Assembly: GCA_024231215.1 (NCBI GenBank)
Contig: JAAEQR010000206.1
Location: forward strand, 3,112-67,111
Length of the DNA stretch: 64,000 bases
Direction: 5' to 3'
Source: PVC group bacterium
GTDB taxonomy: Bacteria > Omnitrophota > Gorgyraeia > B26-G9
In this document: piece after piece, positions 19,751 through 30,356 of the stretch
How the letters are laid out: every line of letters begins with the position of its first letter
Numbering within the stretch: position 1 is the stretch's first letter
The notes under the pieces: model-generated
The model's input: only the letters and a program-made list of their open reading frames with translations
Databases searched by the model: none
What the model was told of the DNA's origin: nothing
Made by a program: the position numbers and the translations under genes

Positions 19751-21172
19751 ATGGATTTTAAATGTCATTGGTATTTTGGGGATGGAGAAGAAAGTACTGA
19801 GTATTCGCCTGTACATGTATATAAAATGGCAGGCGAGTACGATGTGTTACTTATTAGAACATTTACCAATGACCTTGTGGCGAGAAGTACATTTGTAATT
19901 TATGTGTATGCGTGGCAAGTGGGCTTAAGTCCCACTTATACTAATAAATGCATAAGGGATGCAATAAAGCTTATGCAGGGTACAAGTATGTGTGAATGGG
20001 GCAACCGGCATTGGTTATGGCCTGAAGCGCAAGTGGGTGCATGTAACGGATACAGAAAAAACAATGAAGTAGTATCTATTGTATTAGACACTTATTCGGG
20101 AAAGCATTACAGAATAGGCCAGCGAGACCAGTGGCAAGACAGGTTGGACAACCTAGGATATACAAAAGGTGGATTTGAAATACCTTGCAGATGGAAGATG
20201 CATGAATATACTGCACCACCTGGAGAGTATCAGGACGTAAGACAGGTTGAGGCTCATGCTTATTTAAGGCCGTTTTGGGAAGAAGACCGAGAAAAAGAAG
20301 GGCATAATCCAGAAACAGGGTATAGAGTTGATTTTAAGCTAACAGCGAGGATGTATAAAGACGGCAACTTGGATATGGAAACAGAAACAAAAGATGTGCC
20401 TATGTTAGCTGATATAACCTACCCAAAAGAAATTGTAGGACCCAGGATTCAAGCTGAGTTTGAAACAAGCACATCAAGTTTTAGGTGTGTAGGTGTTCAA
20501 CAGCAGATTGAAAGCAGGGACAAAAAAAGAGGGCCATTATTAAACACTAAAAATGAAACAATATGGGCAAGAGAGTTTTCAAGACTTAATTTTTGGTTGT
20601 CGAGAAATAGTGTAAATCCATTAATTAACAGAGCAAATGCAATAGAGGTTGCTGGCTCATTTAATAGTTTGATAACGGGTGCTGATAGTGTCTCTGATTC
20701 TGCGTTATTGTTTGGGGCTAATGATGGGCTGTCTATAAACTTTGATGCAATTAACAACAACCATGTGTTGAGTTGGTGGAGTAGTCGAATTACTGTTGAT
20801 TCTGTTGTTTGGAATTTTGGCACTGGACATACCATATCCTTAGTTTTTGGTAACGGATATGAGTTGGTTTTGAACAATGGCAGTGAATCAACTACAATTC
20901 CACTAGAGTATGACGGCAGAGATTGGATTTTAATAGCTATAAAAATGTATAGTGATAGCGTAAGGGTTTACGCAAACAAAGAAGATTATGGAATAAAAAA
21001 TATAAATTTTAGAAACTACAGTGGCTTAACAAGAATAATGAATAATACAGCAGGTGGGTTATTTGATGTGAGAAGAACCTCAAGAGATGTATCAAAAGAG
21101 GCATTGAATTACTACTATGATTGTGTTGCAAGAGATAATGGTGTAACCGGTTTTTTACCGACTATGAGATAA
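19751..21172 (+). CDS. structural protein (473 aa), unassigned
   Basis: Directly abuts the upstream stop (TAAATG). Confidence 0.45.
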   Translation: MDFKCHWYFGDGEESTEYSPVHVYKMAGEYDVLLIRTFTNDLVARSTFVIYVYAWQVGLSPTYTNKCIRDAIKLMQGTSMCEWGNRHWLWPEAQVGACNGYRKNNEVVSIVLDTYSGKHYRIGQRDQWQDRLDNLGYTKGGFEIPCRWKMHEYTAPPGEYQDVRQVEAHAYLRPFWEEDREKEGHNPETGYRVDFKLTARMYKDGNLDMETETKDVPMLADITYPKEIVGPRIQAEFETSTSSFRCVGVQQQIESRDKKRGPLLNTKNETIWAREFSRLNFWLSRNSVNPLINRANAIEVAGSFNSLITGADSVSDSALLFGANDGLSINFDAINNNHVLSWWSSRITVDSVVWNFGTGHTISLVFGNGYELVLNNGSESTTIPLEYDGRDWILIAIKMYSDSVRVYANKEDYGIKNINFRNYSGLTRIMNNTAGGLFDVRRTSRDVSKEALNYYYDCVARDNGVTGFLPTMR

Positions 21173-21173
21173 T

Positions 21174-24100
21174 ATGTATAGATCAGAATTACAAGTACAA
21201 AACACGCCCAGGCTACCTGATCCTAATATGATCGAGAGGCAAGGTGATTTATACAAAACTATTCGAGAAATTGCTACAGCTACCAAACAATTGTGGCGCT
21301 CAAAAACTAATATTGATAATAGGCTAAAAGTACTTGAAGAAGTCGGTAAGCGGCACTGGTTTCACAATATTGAAATTTACAACGACAACAAAAGCCTTAT
21401 TCTTCCGGTAACATTTCAGCAAGACGGCGATGGTGATACCGGTATGTGTATGACGGTTAAGGATACACTATCTTTTGGGCTTGGCATAGACCAAAGCAAT
21501 GAAGTGTTTAAGATTTCCCCTGAGTGTCCGCTAACAGATGATTATTATTTTGCGATGAATTCGAATGGTCAAATAAGAGTAAATGAAGGTGTTTACATAG
21601 ATGATTTTTCAGATGATGATACCTTTGCAGATTTAAGCGCAACGGCATTAGTGACCGAAAGAGCTATTGGGGCTTATGTGGCAGCGGTTACTTATTGGGA
21701 TAGGAATGCGGTTTTAGGCTATCTTTATCCGAGAACAATAACGGACAGTGTAGGGATTGGAACTATACAAGAGCCAGAATCGATGTTGCAGGTTGTAGGT
21801 GACATTACGCAGCCAACCGGCCAGAGCATTATTAGGCAAGTGCTACCGGGAAGTAAGCAAGTTTTTGCCGGAAACAATGGGTTTGGTCAGGGGCTTTTGG
21901 CGAGAAATATATGGATGACACCTGTAACAGATTCTTATACTTGTGGAAACGACACATTGTCCGGCGGTTGTTTTGATGGTGAACATATTTGGATGGCCCC
22001 TTCTGATTCTGTCAATATTTTAAGGGTAAACCCGGCAGATGGATCTATAACAGAATATGTACACGGAAAAGGTGTCTTAGCATTTAATGGCGCTGTTTGG
22101 GATGGCACCTATGTTTGGTTTGTCCCTTTTAACTCTGATGACATTATAAGGTTAGACCCAAACAATCCCGCCGCATTTGATAGCTACGCACACGGAAAAG
22201 GAAACGCAGCTTTTTTTGGAGGCACGTTTGATGGTACACATGTATGGATGGCACCTGTAGACTCTACCGATATTATAAGAGTTACTCCAGCAACTGGAGC
22301 AATTACTTCGTATGCACACACTTATGGGGGCGATGCTTTTAGGGGCGCGGTATGGGATGGCGTTATGATTTGGCTTATCCCAAATGATTCAGCAGATATT
22401 GTTGGGTTTGAACCTGCAACACCAGCCAACAGGACTGAATATGCACATGGTTATGGTGCTAATAGTGTATTTGCTGGAGGTGTTTTTGATGGAGTTGATT
22501 TATGGTTAATTCCTCGTGAATCAGATTATATAGTGCAGTTTGATGTGACGAATGTAGCTGTTTTGAATGCGTATGCACATGGCTATGGTGCAAATGCCTT
22601 TTCCGGCGGATGTTTTGACGGTGAACATATTTGGTTGTCGCCACACACTGCAACTGATTATGTTAAGGTTAATCCATTAAATGGTGATATAACAGGCTAT
22701 GCACATGGAAAGGGAGCGGTTGCTTTTTATGGCGCTATTTGGGACGGCACATATGTTTGGTTTGTACCTTATCAATCTGCAGATATTGTAAGGCTAAGGC
22801 CACAGGAATTTGGAAGGGACTCAATTTACACAGGCGATACTCTTAATGTGGGTGGAACCGGATACTTTGCAACTGATTTAGGAGTGGGGACTATAGCACC
22901 TGTTTCATTGCTTGAAATCTGGGATGACGATGCACACCCGATATTAAGCATAACCGCAGACCATGCAAACGCATATGACCCACAGATACAGTTTCGCACG
23001 GATACTCCAGACACGGTTAAATTTTCTATAGGTGTTGATGCTGCTGATGATAGCCTTAAGATATTCTCCGGTACTGGAATTGGCGGCACAGATGAGGTTG
23101 TGATTGACACAGTTGGAAGATTATCTGTAACAACACAGACAGCGGGTTATCCTCCTATAAAAGCGGTTCGGGAAACATCTGATGTTACTGGGGCACGAGG
23201 ACTTGTGCAATTTATGAATCGAACAGACCAAAATATGATTGATGGTTATGGTGCTAGAATTGACTTCGGGATTGAGGATAATACCTCTGGTGAGTTTAAT
23301 ATTGGACACATAGGAGTAGCAAGGGAGGGGCATGACCGTTCGGGAAAAATGATAATTTGGTCAGAAAATGCAGGTGTTGAAAATGTTGGTTGGTGTTTAA
23401 CGCCAGTTAATTACGCGGGTATCAACACGGCGAACCCTGTGTCTATACTTGAGTTGTGGCATGACAGCGAGCACCCGATATTAAGTATAACGGCTGACCA
23501 TGCATCAAACTTCGATCCACAGATACAGTTTCGCACTGATACGCCTGACACAGTCAAATTTTCAATGGGAGTTGATGCAGCCAATGACTTTTTTAAGATT
23601 TACTCTGGTACTGGTGTTGGTGGAACCACCGAATTCGTTATTGATACAACTGGACAATTAGCATTAGGAATAGGAGTTCCAACAACTAATTTTCACATAT
23701 ACGAAAGCAATGTAGAAACTGAGCCAGCATTTAGAATAGAGCAGGGCGGTGCAGGAGATGCAAGTATTGAATTTGACACTCCTGGAGATGAAGCCGCTTT
23801 AAAATATGTAATAGGAATAGATGATAGCGCAGAAGTTTTTAAGATATCCGCAAATGTGGATGCTTTAGGTGCTGAGACTTCATTTTGTATGGACATTGCG
23901 GGGCGTGTGGGGTTAGGAGTGATTCCTTCTGCTGATGTGTTAGAGGTAAATGGAAATATCGCACATATAGCAGACAATCAATACAATTACTTTGGTGCTG
24001 ATAATGATGCGCGCATTACTTATGATGGCACTGACTTGATTATTGACCCGGATATAGTTGGTAGTGGAATAGTTAGGATAGGTGCTACAGGTGACAATAG

Positions 24101-25259
24101 ATTACACGCTAGGTTTCTTGGTTTAGGTACAGTGCCTGCAACATATGTTTTTGTAAGAATATTAGATGCCGCGGTAGTTACAAACGCCTCCGTTTTTGGT
24201 GTTCGCTCAACCATAACAAAGACAGCGGGGGCAACAAATGCAGGTGATAAAATGTATGGGTACGATAACCAAATAATATTAAACCAAGCTGGCGGAGTTG
24301 TTGGCTCTATATATGGAGCGCGAAATTTTCCTCAATTACTAGATGGAACAACCAATAATATGTGGGGTGCCGATTACCAATTGACAGTAAACGGAACTGT
24401 TAATACATCAATATTTGGTGTGCGAGCTTTTCTCAACATAAATGCCCCGGCAACGGTAAATGATTGCTACGCTTTATATGCTTATGCAGATAATGATGCA
24501 GGCACGAGAAACGGAACCACATATATGGTATACCTAAATGAAAATAGCAATGTAGATTATGGGATATACCAAAGTGGCACAGCAATAAATTTTTTTGGTG
24601 GTGCAATACAAATTGATTCAGACACAAACGGTCTTATTCTGGGCGCATCACAAGATGTCAGCGCCGTGTTTAATGGCACTGACATGGTTCTTGATTATGA
24701 TTTACTCAATGCCGGAACTACTGATTTTAGAATACAAGAAGATGGTGTTGACATGTTTGTTATCACCACAGGCGGAGTAGTGTCCACCAATACCAATATT
24801 AATTGCGGTGGCATGGTTCGCATGAATAACATTTGGCATGCATACGGAGGTTTTGAGGATGAGGCTGAAACAATTGCTTGTGGTGTTGGTGATTGGAATC
24901 ATATTACTAATGGTGCAAATGATTTATGGAATTTAGATGAAGCCGATAATATAACGGAGGTAGCAGATGTATTTACACTTGTGGACACCGGTGATTACAA
25001 TGGCGTATTATCTTTAAGTATATCAGCCTTAAATGGTAAAGATTTTCATGTAAGGGTTTACAACAATACACAGGCAAGGGTTGAAGGTAGACCGATTGGG
25101 ATATCTACAACAGGCGCAAACAATGAAATGAATATATGTGTACCTATTTATATAGAGGGTACGGCTGGAGATGCTATACAGTTTGAGATAATGAGCGCGG
25201 ATGGCACTGATCCGGTAGTAGATGACGCAATATTTTGGTTGGCTTATTTACATGACTAA
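21174..25259 (+). CDS. giant tail spike/fiber protein (1361 aa) with beta-propeller-like repeats
   Basis: About 9 consecutive ~48-aa repeats (pattern YAHG.G..AF.G..WDG..VW..P..S.DI.R). A separate ~180-aa tandem duplication (ILSITADH...QIQFRTDTPDTVKFS). Gly/Thr/Asn-rich C-terminus. Confidence 0.5.
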   Translation: MYRSELQVQNTPRLPDPNMIERQGDLYKTIREIATATKQLWRSKTNIDNRLKVLEEVGKRHWFHNIEIYNDNKSLILPVTFQQDGDGDTGMCMTVKDTLSFGLGIDQSNEVFKISPECPLTDDYYFAMNSNGQIRVNEGVYIDDFSDDDTFADLSATALVTERAIGAYVAAVTYWDRNAVLGYLYPRTITDSVGIGTIQEPESMLQVVGDITQPTGQSIIRQVLPGSKQVFAGNNGFGQGLLARNIWMTPVTDSYTCGNDTLSGGCFDGEHIWMAPSDSVNILRVNPADGSITEYVHGKGVLAFNGAVWDGTYVWFVPFNSDDIIRLDPNNPAAFDSYAHGKGNAAFFGGTFDGTHVWMAPVDSTDIIRVTPATGAITSYAHTYGGDAFRGAVWDGVMIWLIPNDSADIVGFEPATPANRTEYAHGYGANSVFAGGVFDGVDLWLIPRESDYIVQFDVTNVAVLNAYAHGYGANAFSGGCFDGEHIWLSPHTATDYVKVNPLNGDITGYAHGKGAVAFYGAIWDGTYVWFVPYQSADIVRLRPQEFGRDSIYTGDTLNVGGTGYFATDLGVGTIAPVSLLEIWDDDAHPILSITADHANAYDPQIQFRTDTPDTVKFSIGVDAADDSLKIFSGTGIGGTDEVVIDTVGRLSVTTQTAGYPPIKAVRETSDVTGARGLVQFMNRTDQNMIDGYGARIDFGIEDNTSGEFNIGHIGVAREGHDRSGKMIIWSENAGVENVGWCLTPVNYAGINTANPVSILELWHDSEHPILSITADHASNFDPQIQFRTDTPDTVKFSMGVDAANDFFKIYSGTGVGGTTEFVIDTTGQLALGIGVPTTNFHIYESNVETEPAFRIEQGGAGDASIEFDTPGDEAALKYVIGIDDSAEVFKISANVDALGAETSFCMDIAGRVGLGVIPSADVLEVNGNIAHIADNQYNYFGADNDARITYDGTDLIIDPDIVGSGIVRIGATGDNRLHARFLGLGTVPATYVFVRILDAAVVTNASVFGVRSTITKTAGATNAGDKMYGYDNQIILNQAGGVVGSIYGARNFPQLLDGTTNNMWGADYQLTVNGTVNTSIFGVRAFLNINAPATVNDCYALYAYADNDAGTRNGTTYMVYLNENSNVDYGIYQSGTAINFFGGAIQIDSDTNGLILGASQDVSAVFNGTDMVLDYDLLNAGTTDFRIQEDGVDMFVITTGGVVSTNTNINCGGMVRMNNIWHAYGGFEDEAETIACGVGDWNHITNGANDLWNLDEADNITEVADVFTLVDTGDYNGVLSLSISALNGKDFHVRVYNNTQARVEGRPIGISTTGANNEMNICVPIYIEGTAGDAIQFEIMSADGTDPVVDDAIFWLAYLHD

Positions 25260-25268
25260 AGGAATAAA

Positions 25269-25577
25269 ATGTCAAAAAGATATGATTTGGACAGAATAGA
25301 TAAATTGTTTGGTAGAATAATATTTAATCATGATGAAATTGATGAAGATGGAAATGTAGTATACTATATAATTAGAGTGGTGTTTTTCGGCCACGCGGTT
25401 AATGGAGGAGCTAAAAAAGATGGCGTTGCGGGGATAAATGATGGTTCACCAAGTACCGTAAAATTCACAGGCAAACAAATATACCAAAGGCTAAAACAAA
25501 TTATGCCGCTGTCAGTTGCAAACTTATTAAAAGAATTGTATTTGGATTTAATTGATGATGATATAAGCGAAGAATAA
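25269..25577 (+). CDS. hypothetical protein (102 aa)
   Basis: SD AAGGAATAAAATG. Confidence 0.4.
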   Translation: MSKRYDLDRIDKLFGRIIFNHDEIDEDGNVVYYIIRVVFFGHAVNGGAKKDGVAGINDGSPSTVKFTGKQIYQRLKQIMPLSVANLLKELYLDLIDDDISEE

Positions 25578-25597
25578 TTACAAAAAGGAGGCATTAA

Positions 25598-25912
25598 ATG
25601 CCATCAGCAAGAAGAAGTGTAAGGATTACAGATGATTGGATGGGAGCTAATAAAACAGGGACATTTAATGTCGCGCCCCTTCCAAAGGGTGGTAGGGTTT
25701 CTCATAACAAAGAAAATTTCATACCGCAATTTGTATTAATTAGCAGGGCAACAGGTGGGGGAAATTACGCAGAAATAGATGGTGTGTTGTTTGGTGAAAA
25801 CGAAACAGATTACAGGGTGTACAGGCTTGCGGTAGGTGTAATACACGAAATTGGTTTTAGAGCAATTAGAATACAAAATACAAGCGGAAGAGAAATAACG
25901 ATATTCGAATAA
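25598..25912 (+). CDS. hypothetical protein (104 aa)
   Basis: SD AAAGGAGGCATTAAATG. Confidence 0.45.
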   Translation: MPSARRSVRITDDWMGANKTGTFNVAPLPKGGRVSHNKENFIPQFVLISRATGGGNYAEIDGVLFGENETDYRVYRLAVGVIHEIGFRAIRIQNTSGREITIFE

Positions 25913-25925
25913 AGGACGATAAAAA

Positions 25926-28628
25926 ATGGCTAATTTTGACTGGCTAAAAGAGAAGAAAAGACAGGCAAAACAACAAAAATTGCAGCAGCAACCACAACAT
26001 AGTTTTGGTGCACCGGTTGGGGCACGCTATGGTAATGATACCGGTTATGGAAATGATGGTAGATTACAAACAAATATGCCTGTTATGATGGTTCGGACAC
26101 AGCAAGGGCCTAGAATGATTCATGAGGGTGAGCAGTTTAGGCCCGGTGCTAATGGTGGCGTGAATGTTATACCTCAACAGCAGTTATTGGCAGAGGAAAG
26201 ACAACACAATATACCAGGGTTTCAGACCGGTGGAAATTTTATTCCTCCAGGAGGTGGGCGTGACACCTTTGATCTTAATAAGCAACAAAAAACGCCATTG
26301 ATAGGGCGCCCTGATGATGTTAATCAGAATAAAACGCAGTTGATTGGAAGGCCGGATGACATTACAAGGCCAACACAACCACCCGTAGTTGGTGGCCCAT
26401 CACAAAGAGTGAATCAAGCAATTAGGCCAAATTTAGTACAGCCAAATATTCAGAACATAACAGGCCCAGGGCAAAAAACGCAACCAGGAATTACAGCACC
26501 TAATATTATTGACCCAATGACCGGGCAAACAATTAAAAAGGCGGGACAGGCCAGCTTTGGAACAACAACGCCTCCAGGGGCAAGAAGAGCGGAGTTTCAA
26601 TCCGTGCAACCGGAAGCAAGAAAAACAGAATTCCAATCTGTACAACCTGAGGCAAGGAAAGGCGAATTTGAATTCACTCCATTTGTTCCACCAGGAGCAC
26701 GGAGAGGCGAGTTTGAATCTACTCCATTTGTGCCACCAGAAGAGCAGCCTGAGCAGGTGTCTCCTGTAACTCCTACACCAGACGAAAGCCAGTTCAGCGA
26801 TTCAGTAAAATTTGCTTTAGCAGAATTAAGAAGGTTGTATGAAGGGGGAAGCCCCGCACAAAGAGCAGCATATGAGAAAAGAATAAATGATTTGAAGGCT
26901 ACACAAGCAACGGGCAGAAGAGTGGCCGCACAACAAGCCGCACAAGCGGGAATAGGCGGTGTTGAAGCATATACAAGAGAATTAGTAGCTGCAAGAGATG
27001 CGGGGTCACAATTAGCTGAGGCAACCGCCCAAATGGGTATTGCTGATATGCAGGTAAGAGAAAACGCATTACAGACTATGGCACAAATTGGATTGCAAGG
27101 GCAACAAATAGAACAGGCCGCTGACCAATGGCAGCAGCAATTTGATTTTGCAAAACAAAAATACGGTGATGTAGAAGGCCAGAGAATATTTGCTGATATA
27201 AATGCTGGTATGACATTTGACCAAATACAAGCAAAATATCCGAATGTGACACAAGAAGATTATGAGAGCATGCAGAATGCTACACCAAATAGCCAATGGG
27301 AAAGAGCTTTCGGGCTTTCCAAAGAGCAATGGGAAAAACAATTCGGCCTCTCTAAGGAACAGTGGGAAAAGCAATTTGGTTTTGGAAAAGAACAATTTGA
27401 GAAAACCCTTGAACTTCAAAGGGATAAGTTTGGCCTTAGCAAAGAGCAGTGGGAGGAAGCTAAGAAAAACTATGACTTTGATAAAAAGCTTAGTGCAATC
27501 AATACTCTTATGGCTCAGGGTGGTAAAGAGAATATTAAAGAGGCGTCTAAGCTGTTTAAGGACATGTTTGGCCAGGACATTGACTTCAGCAATGCAATAA
27601 ACGAAGGGAATGTACAGAATTTCAATGATGGCATGGCGCAAATGAGTAGCTATCTTGCCTCCGGTATGGACTGGAAGACAGCTAAGAAGGCTATGGAGCA
27701 AGATGGTACATTTGAAAAGCTTGGTATGTTGAAATCCGACATCAAGAAAATGTACCAGGGTATGGAATTACAATCTAATCCTATTTACCAAGCAGATAAA
27801 ATGTATCAGGACCTTGTTGATAATGGCTTTATGACCGAGAAAGAAAAAGAAGGCGCTATGGATGTAATAATGTTTATGACGAACAATCCAGAAGGTTTAG
27901 ATGTTGGTGATAAATATGTTGTTAAGGATGAAAACGGAAAAGTCCAGGGTGTTTTTGAAACTGAAGATGAAGCCAATGCACTGACAAAAAAGAACAAAAA
28001 ATGGGGTACGGAGTTCATGGAAGGCTATATTCAGTTAGCTGATCCGGGGACTGGTACTACTGGTGATACAGGGACTACCGGGGGTGGTCAAGTAGATGAA
28101 AACCAGCAATATGCAGCCTTTGAAGGCGAGTTGCCTGACCCGGATCTAATCGGGGTAGTAACACAAGCCGCATGGGTTGCAGCAGGTAAGCCCAAAACTT
28201 GGAAAGAATTTCAGAGCGCTAATATTTTGGGTAACATAGATAGCCTTCTAGATAAAGATGGAAATGTAATCACAAAAGAAAGCATTGATAAAGTTTTTGA
28301 TGCTATTCAGATGCAAAACACCCAGGCAATAAATAACTTTAAAATGGATAGTAAATTTGAAAGCACTATAGAAGATATTGAAGTTAACAACGAAAGAATA
28401 GAAGGTGATGAAGCAAAAAAAATACGAAAAAAACTTCAAAAAAACGTAGGGAAAATATTTCATTTTCCAGGAAACGAATACAATCCAGAGGGTGACTATG
28501 TAATAAAAGATGTTGTCAAAAGAGTTGTAAAAAAACAAGGTGGCGGCACATACACCTATACAATTGTTGAGGCAATGAATGTAGACACGAGAAAGATTGA
28601 AAAAATAGGCTTACCAGTAGAATATTAA
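25926..28628 (+). CDS. large virion protein (900 aa) with 11-residue periodic repeats; tape-measure-like or internal/ejection protein
   Basis: Q/P/G-rich N-terminus with GRPDD repeats. Central FGLSKEQWEKQ x4 (11-aa period with aromatic residues, as in tail-length tape-measure proteins). Mostly alpha-helical composition. Confidence 0.45.
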   Translation: MANFDWLKEKKRQAKQQKLQQQPQHSFGAPVGARYGNDTGYGNDGRLQTNMPVMMVRTQQGPRMIHEGEQFRPGANGGVNVIPQQQLLAEERQHNIPGFQTGGNFIPPGGGRDTFDLNKQQKTPLIGRPDDVNQNKTQLIGRPDDITRPTQPPVVGGPSQRVNQAIRPNLVQPNIQNITGPGQKTQPGITAPNIIDPMTGQTIKKAGQASFGTTTPPGARRAEFQSVQPEARKTEFQSVQPEARKGEFEFTPFVPPGARRGEFESTPFVPPEEQPEQVSPVTPTPDESQFSDSVKFALAELRRLYEGGSPAQRAAYEKRINDLKATQATGRRVAAQQAAQAGIGGVEAYTRELVAARDAGSQLAEATAQMGIADMQVRENALQTMAQIGLQGQQIEQAADQWQQQFDFAKQKYGDVEGQRIFADINAGMTFDQIQAKYPNVTQEDYESMQNATPNSQWERAFGLSKEQWEKQFGLSKEQWEKQFGFGKEQFEKTLELQRDKFGLSKEQWEEAKKNYDFDKKLSAINTLMAQGGKENIKEASKLFKDMFGQDIDFSNAINEGNVQNFNDGMAQMSSYLASGMDWKTAKKAMEQDGTFEKLGMLKSDIKKMYQGMELQSNPIYQADKMYQDLVDNGFMTEKEKEGAMDVIMFMTNNPEGLDVGDKYVVKDENGKVQGVFETEDEANALTKKNKKWGTEFMEGYIQLADPGTGTTGDTGTTGGGQVDENQQYAAFEGELPDPDLIGVVTQAAWVAAGKPKTWKEFQSANILGNIDSLLDKDGNVITKESIDKVFDAIQMQNTQAINNFKMDSKFESTIEDIEVNNERIEGDEAKKIRKKLQKNVGKIFHFPGNEYNPEGDYVIKDVVKRVVKKQGGGTYTYTIVEAMNVDTRKIEKIGLPVEY

Positions 28629-28638
28629 GGAGGTTTGA

Positions 28639-29010
28639 ATGGGTACAATAATAGCTGCAATAATAGCAGGGGCGGTAATGATTGGTACCACAGTTGCAGG
28701 CGCAAAGGCACAAAAGGATTTGACTGAAGATGCAAACCAGAAGTCCTTGAGAATGTGGGAGCAACAAAGGGCGGATGAAAAAAAGATTAGAGAAGAAAAG
28801 GCTAGTTTGGCGAGATGGGACAAAAGGTTTGGGCAACAGCAATTTAGCTTTCAAAAAGAAGAGGCTAAAAAGAATCGCGCTGAACGAAAAGAAGCATCAG
28901 ATTATCAAAAAAGACAGCAGCAATTTGCTACGAGTTTAGGTATATTAAACTCAAATCAGCAAGCAAAGAACACATTTTTCAATATTTGGAATAGAAGGGC
29001 AGGGAAATAA
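28639..29010 (+). CDS. small membrane-anchored Q/K/E-rich protein (123 aa)
   Basis: N-terminal hydrophobic segment IIAAIIAGAVMIGTTVAGA followed by a charged helical region. Confidence 0.4.
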   Translation: MGTIIAAIIAGAVMIGTTVAGAKAQKDLTEDANQKSLRMWEQQRADEKKIREEKASLARWDKRFGQQQFSFQKEEAKKNRAERKEASDYQKRQQQFATSLGILNSNQQAKNTFFNIWNRRAGK

Positions 29011-30356
29011 TGCCACAAATACCAACGTTGCGAGTGCCTGATATAGGCGGCGCAATACAAAGAAGTGGGCAAATAGCAGGCAATGTCATTAGTTCGATAC
29101 CGGGACTGAAACAACAGGCCGATGAACAAGAAAGGCAAAGGTCTTTGTTTGAGCAGGCAGCAAATGCGGCAAAACAGGACTGGCGACAAATGGAAACAGC
29201 TTACAAAGGAATTAAGGAGACCCTAACAGAACAATTGCAGCCATTGGTAGACCAAGGTTTAATGTCTGAGGAGGAAAGAGAGACAAGCTTAAAAAGGTTT
29301 CGGATGCCGTTAAGCGCTGACCAGAAAGACCCTGTTAAATATATGACCGAGTTAAATAGTGTAGTAAAAGAAATATCAGCAGATGCAAGTAGCCGAATAG
29401 AAAAAGGAAAACAGCAAAAGTCTCAGGGTCAGGCGAGTGAGTTTGTGGAAAGCAGAATTGCGGGAAGCCGAAGGAGGCCGGTTGTGGAACCAGTCGGCCC
29501 AGAGCAAGAAACCGGGAGGGGTTTTACTGAGCAAGATATACAATCTACGGGGTTTATGCGACCAGCAGTACCACCGGCACAATTCCAAGAGGATCTCACA
29601 GGAGGCACCCCAGAAGAGTTTACCCCTGGGCAACAAAAAATGGTAGCAGAAAGCCCGAAAACCCTTTCTTTGCCTACAAGGCTTGAAGACCAAAAAAGAA
29701 AAATGGAAGAAAGAAAACAAACAGATTTAGAGCGACATAGAAGAGTGATGGAGGGCAAAGGATATAGTGCCGACACAATGAAACAAAGCACTGCAAAATT
29801 TAAGATATTATTGGATGGCCGCGAAGACTCATCCGGCAAAGAAATACAATTGACTGACAAAAAACGGTCGGCGTTATCATTGTTAAACCGTGTACAAAAA
29901 GGCGAACAACTAAAGGAGCAAGAAATAGCTAAGGCAGAATTCTACGGAATAGACACACAATCTGCTTTAGAAGGTGGCCAAGAACTTGCGGTACAACTTA
30001 AAAATGTTATAAAGAAAATAGATGCGCAAATAAAAGCGCAGAACAAAATAAGCAAAGACATAGAAAATACTATTGTTGAAATTGCCGATGATCCAAACAT
30101 TGATTTACCTAACGCATTAATTCAAGGCCAGAAAACCGTATTTCCTGATCAACCGGAAAGGCAATTGTCTAGGCCTCCGGCTTTGGGTGGTACTGCTCAA
30201 ATAGGAAAAGGAGTTGCACCAGCGGTTGAAGCGCCAGGAGCAGCGACTGCACCAACAAGAGAAGAAATTATAAAAATATTAGAAGAAAAGGGTTTGAGTG
30301 CGCAGGAAATAAACGAGTATCTTTTTTATCGAGGCATGAAAGGCGGGGTAAGATAA
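29010..30356 (+). CDS. virion-associated protein (448 aa), unassigned
   Basis: ATGA-type overlap (TAATG) with the upstream gene. Charged and Q-rich. Confidence 0.45.
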   Translation: MPQIPTLRVPDIGGAIQRSGQIAGNVISSIPGLKQQADEQERQRSLFEQAANAAKQDWRQMETAYKGIKETLTEQLQPLVDQGLMSEEERETSLKRFRMPLSADQKDPVKYMTELNSVVKEISADASSRIEKGKQQKSQGQASEFVESRIAGSRRRPVVEPVGPEQETGRGFTEQDIQSTGFMRPAVPPAQFQEDLTGGTPEEFTPGQQKMVAESPKTLSLPTRLEDQKRKMEERKQTDLERHRRVMEGKGYSADTMKQSTAKFKILLDGREDSSGKEIQLTDKKRSALSLLNRVQKGEQLKEQEIAKAEFYGIDTQSALEGGQELAVQLKNVIKKIDAQIKAQNKISKDIENTIVEIADDPNIDLPNALIQGQKTVFPDQPERQLSRPPALGGTAQIGKGVAPAVEAPGAATAPTREEIIKILEEKGLSAQEINEYLFYRGMKGGVR

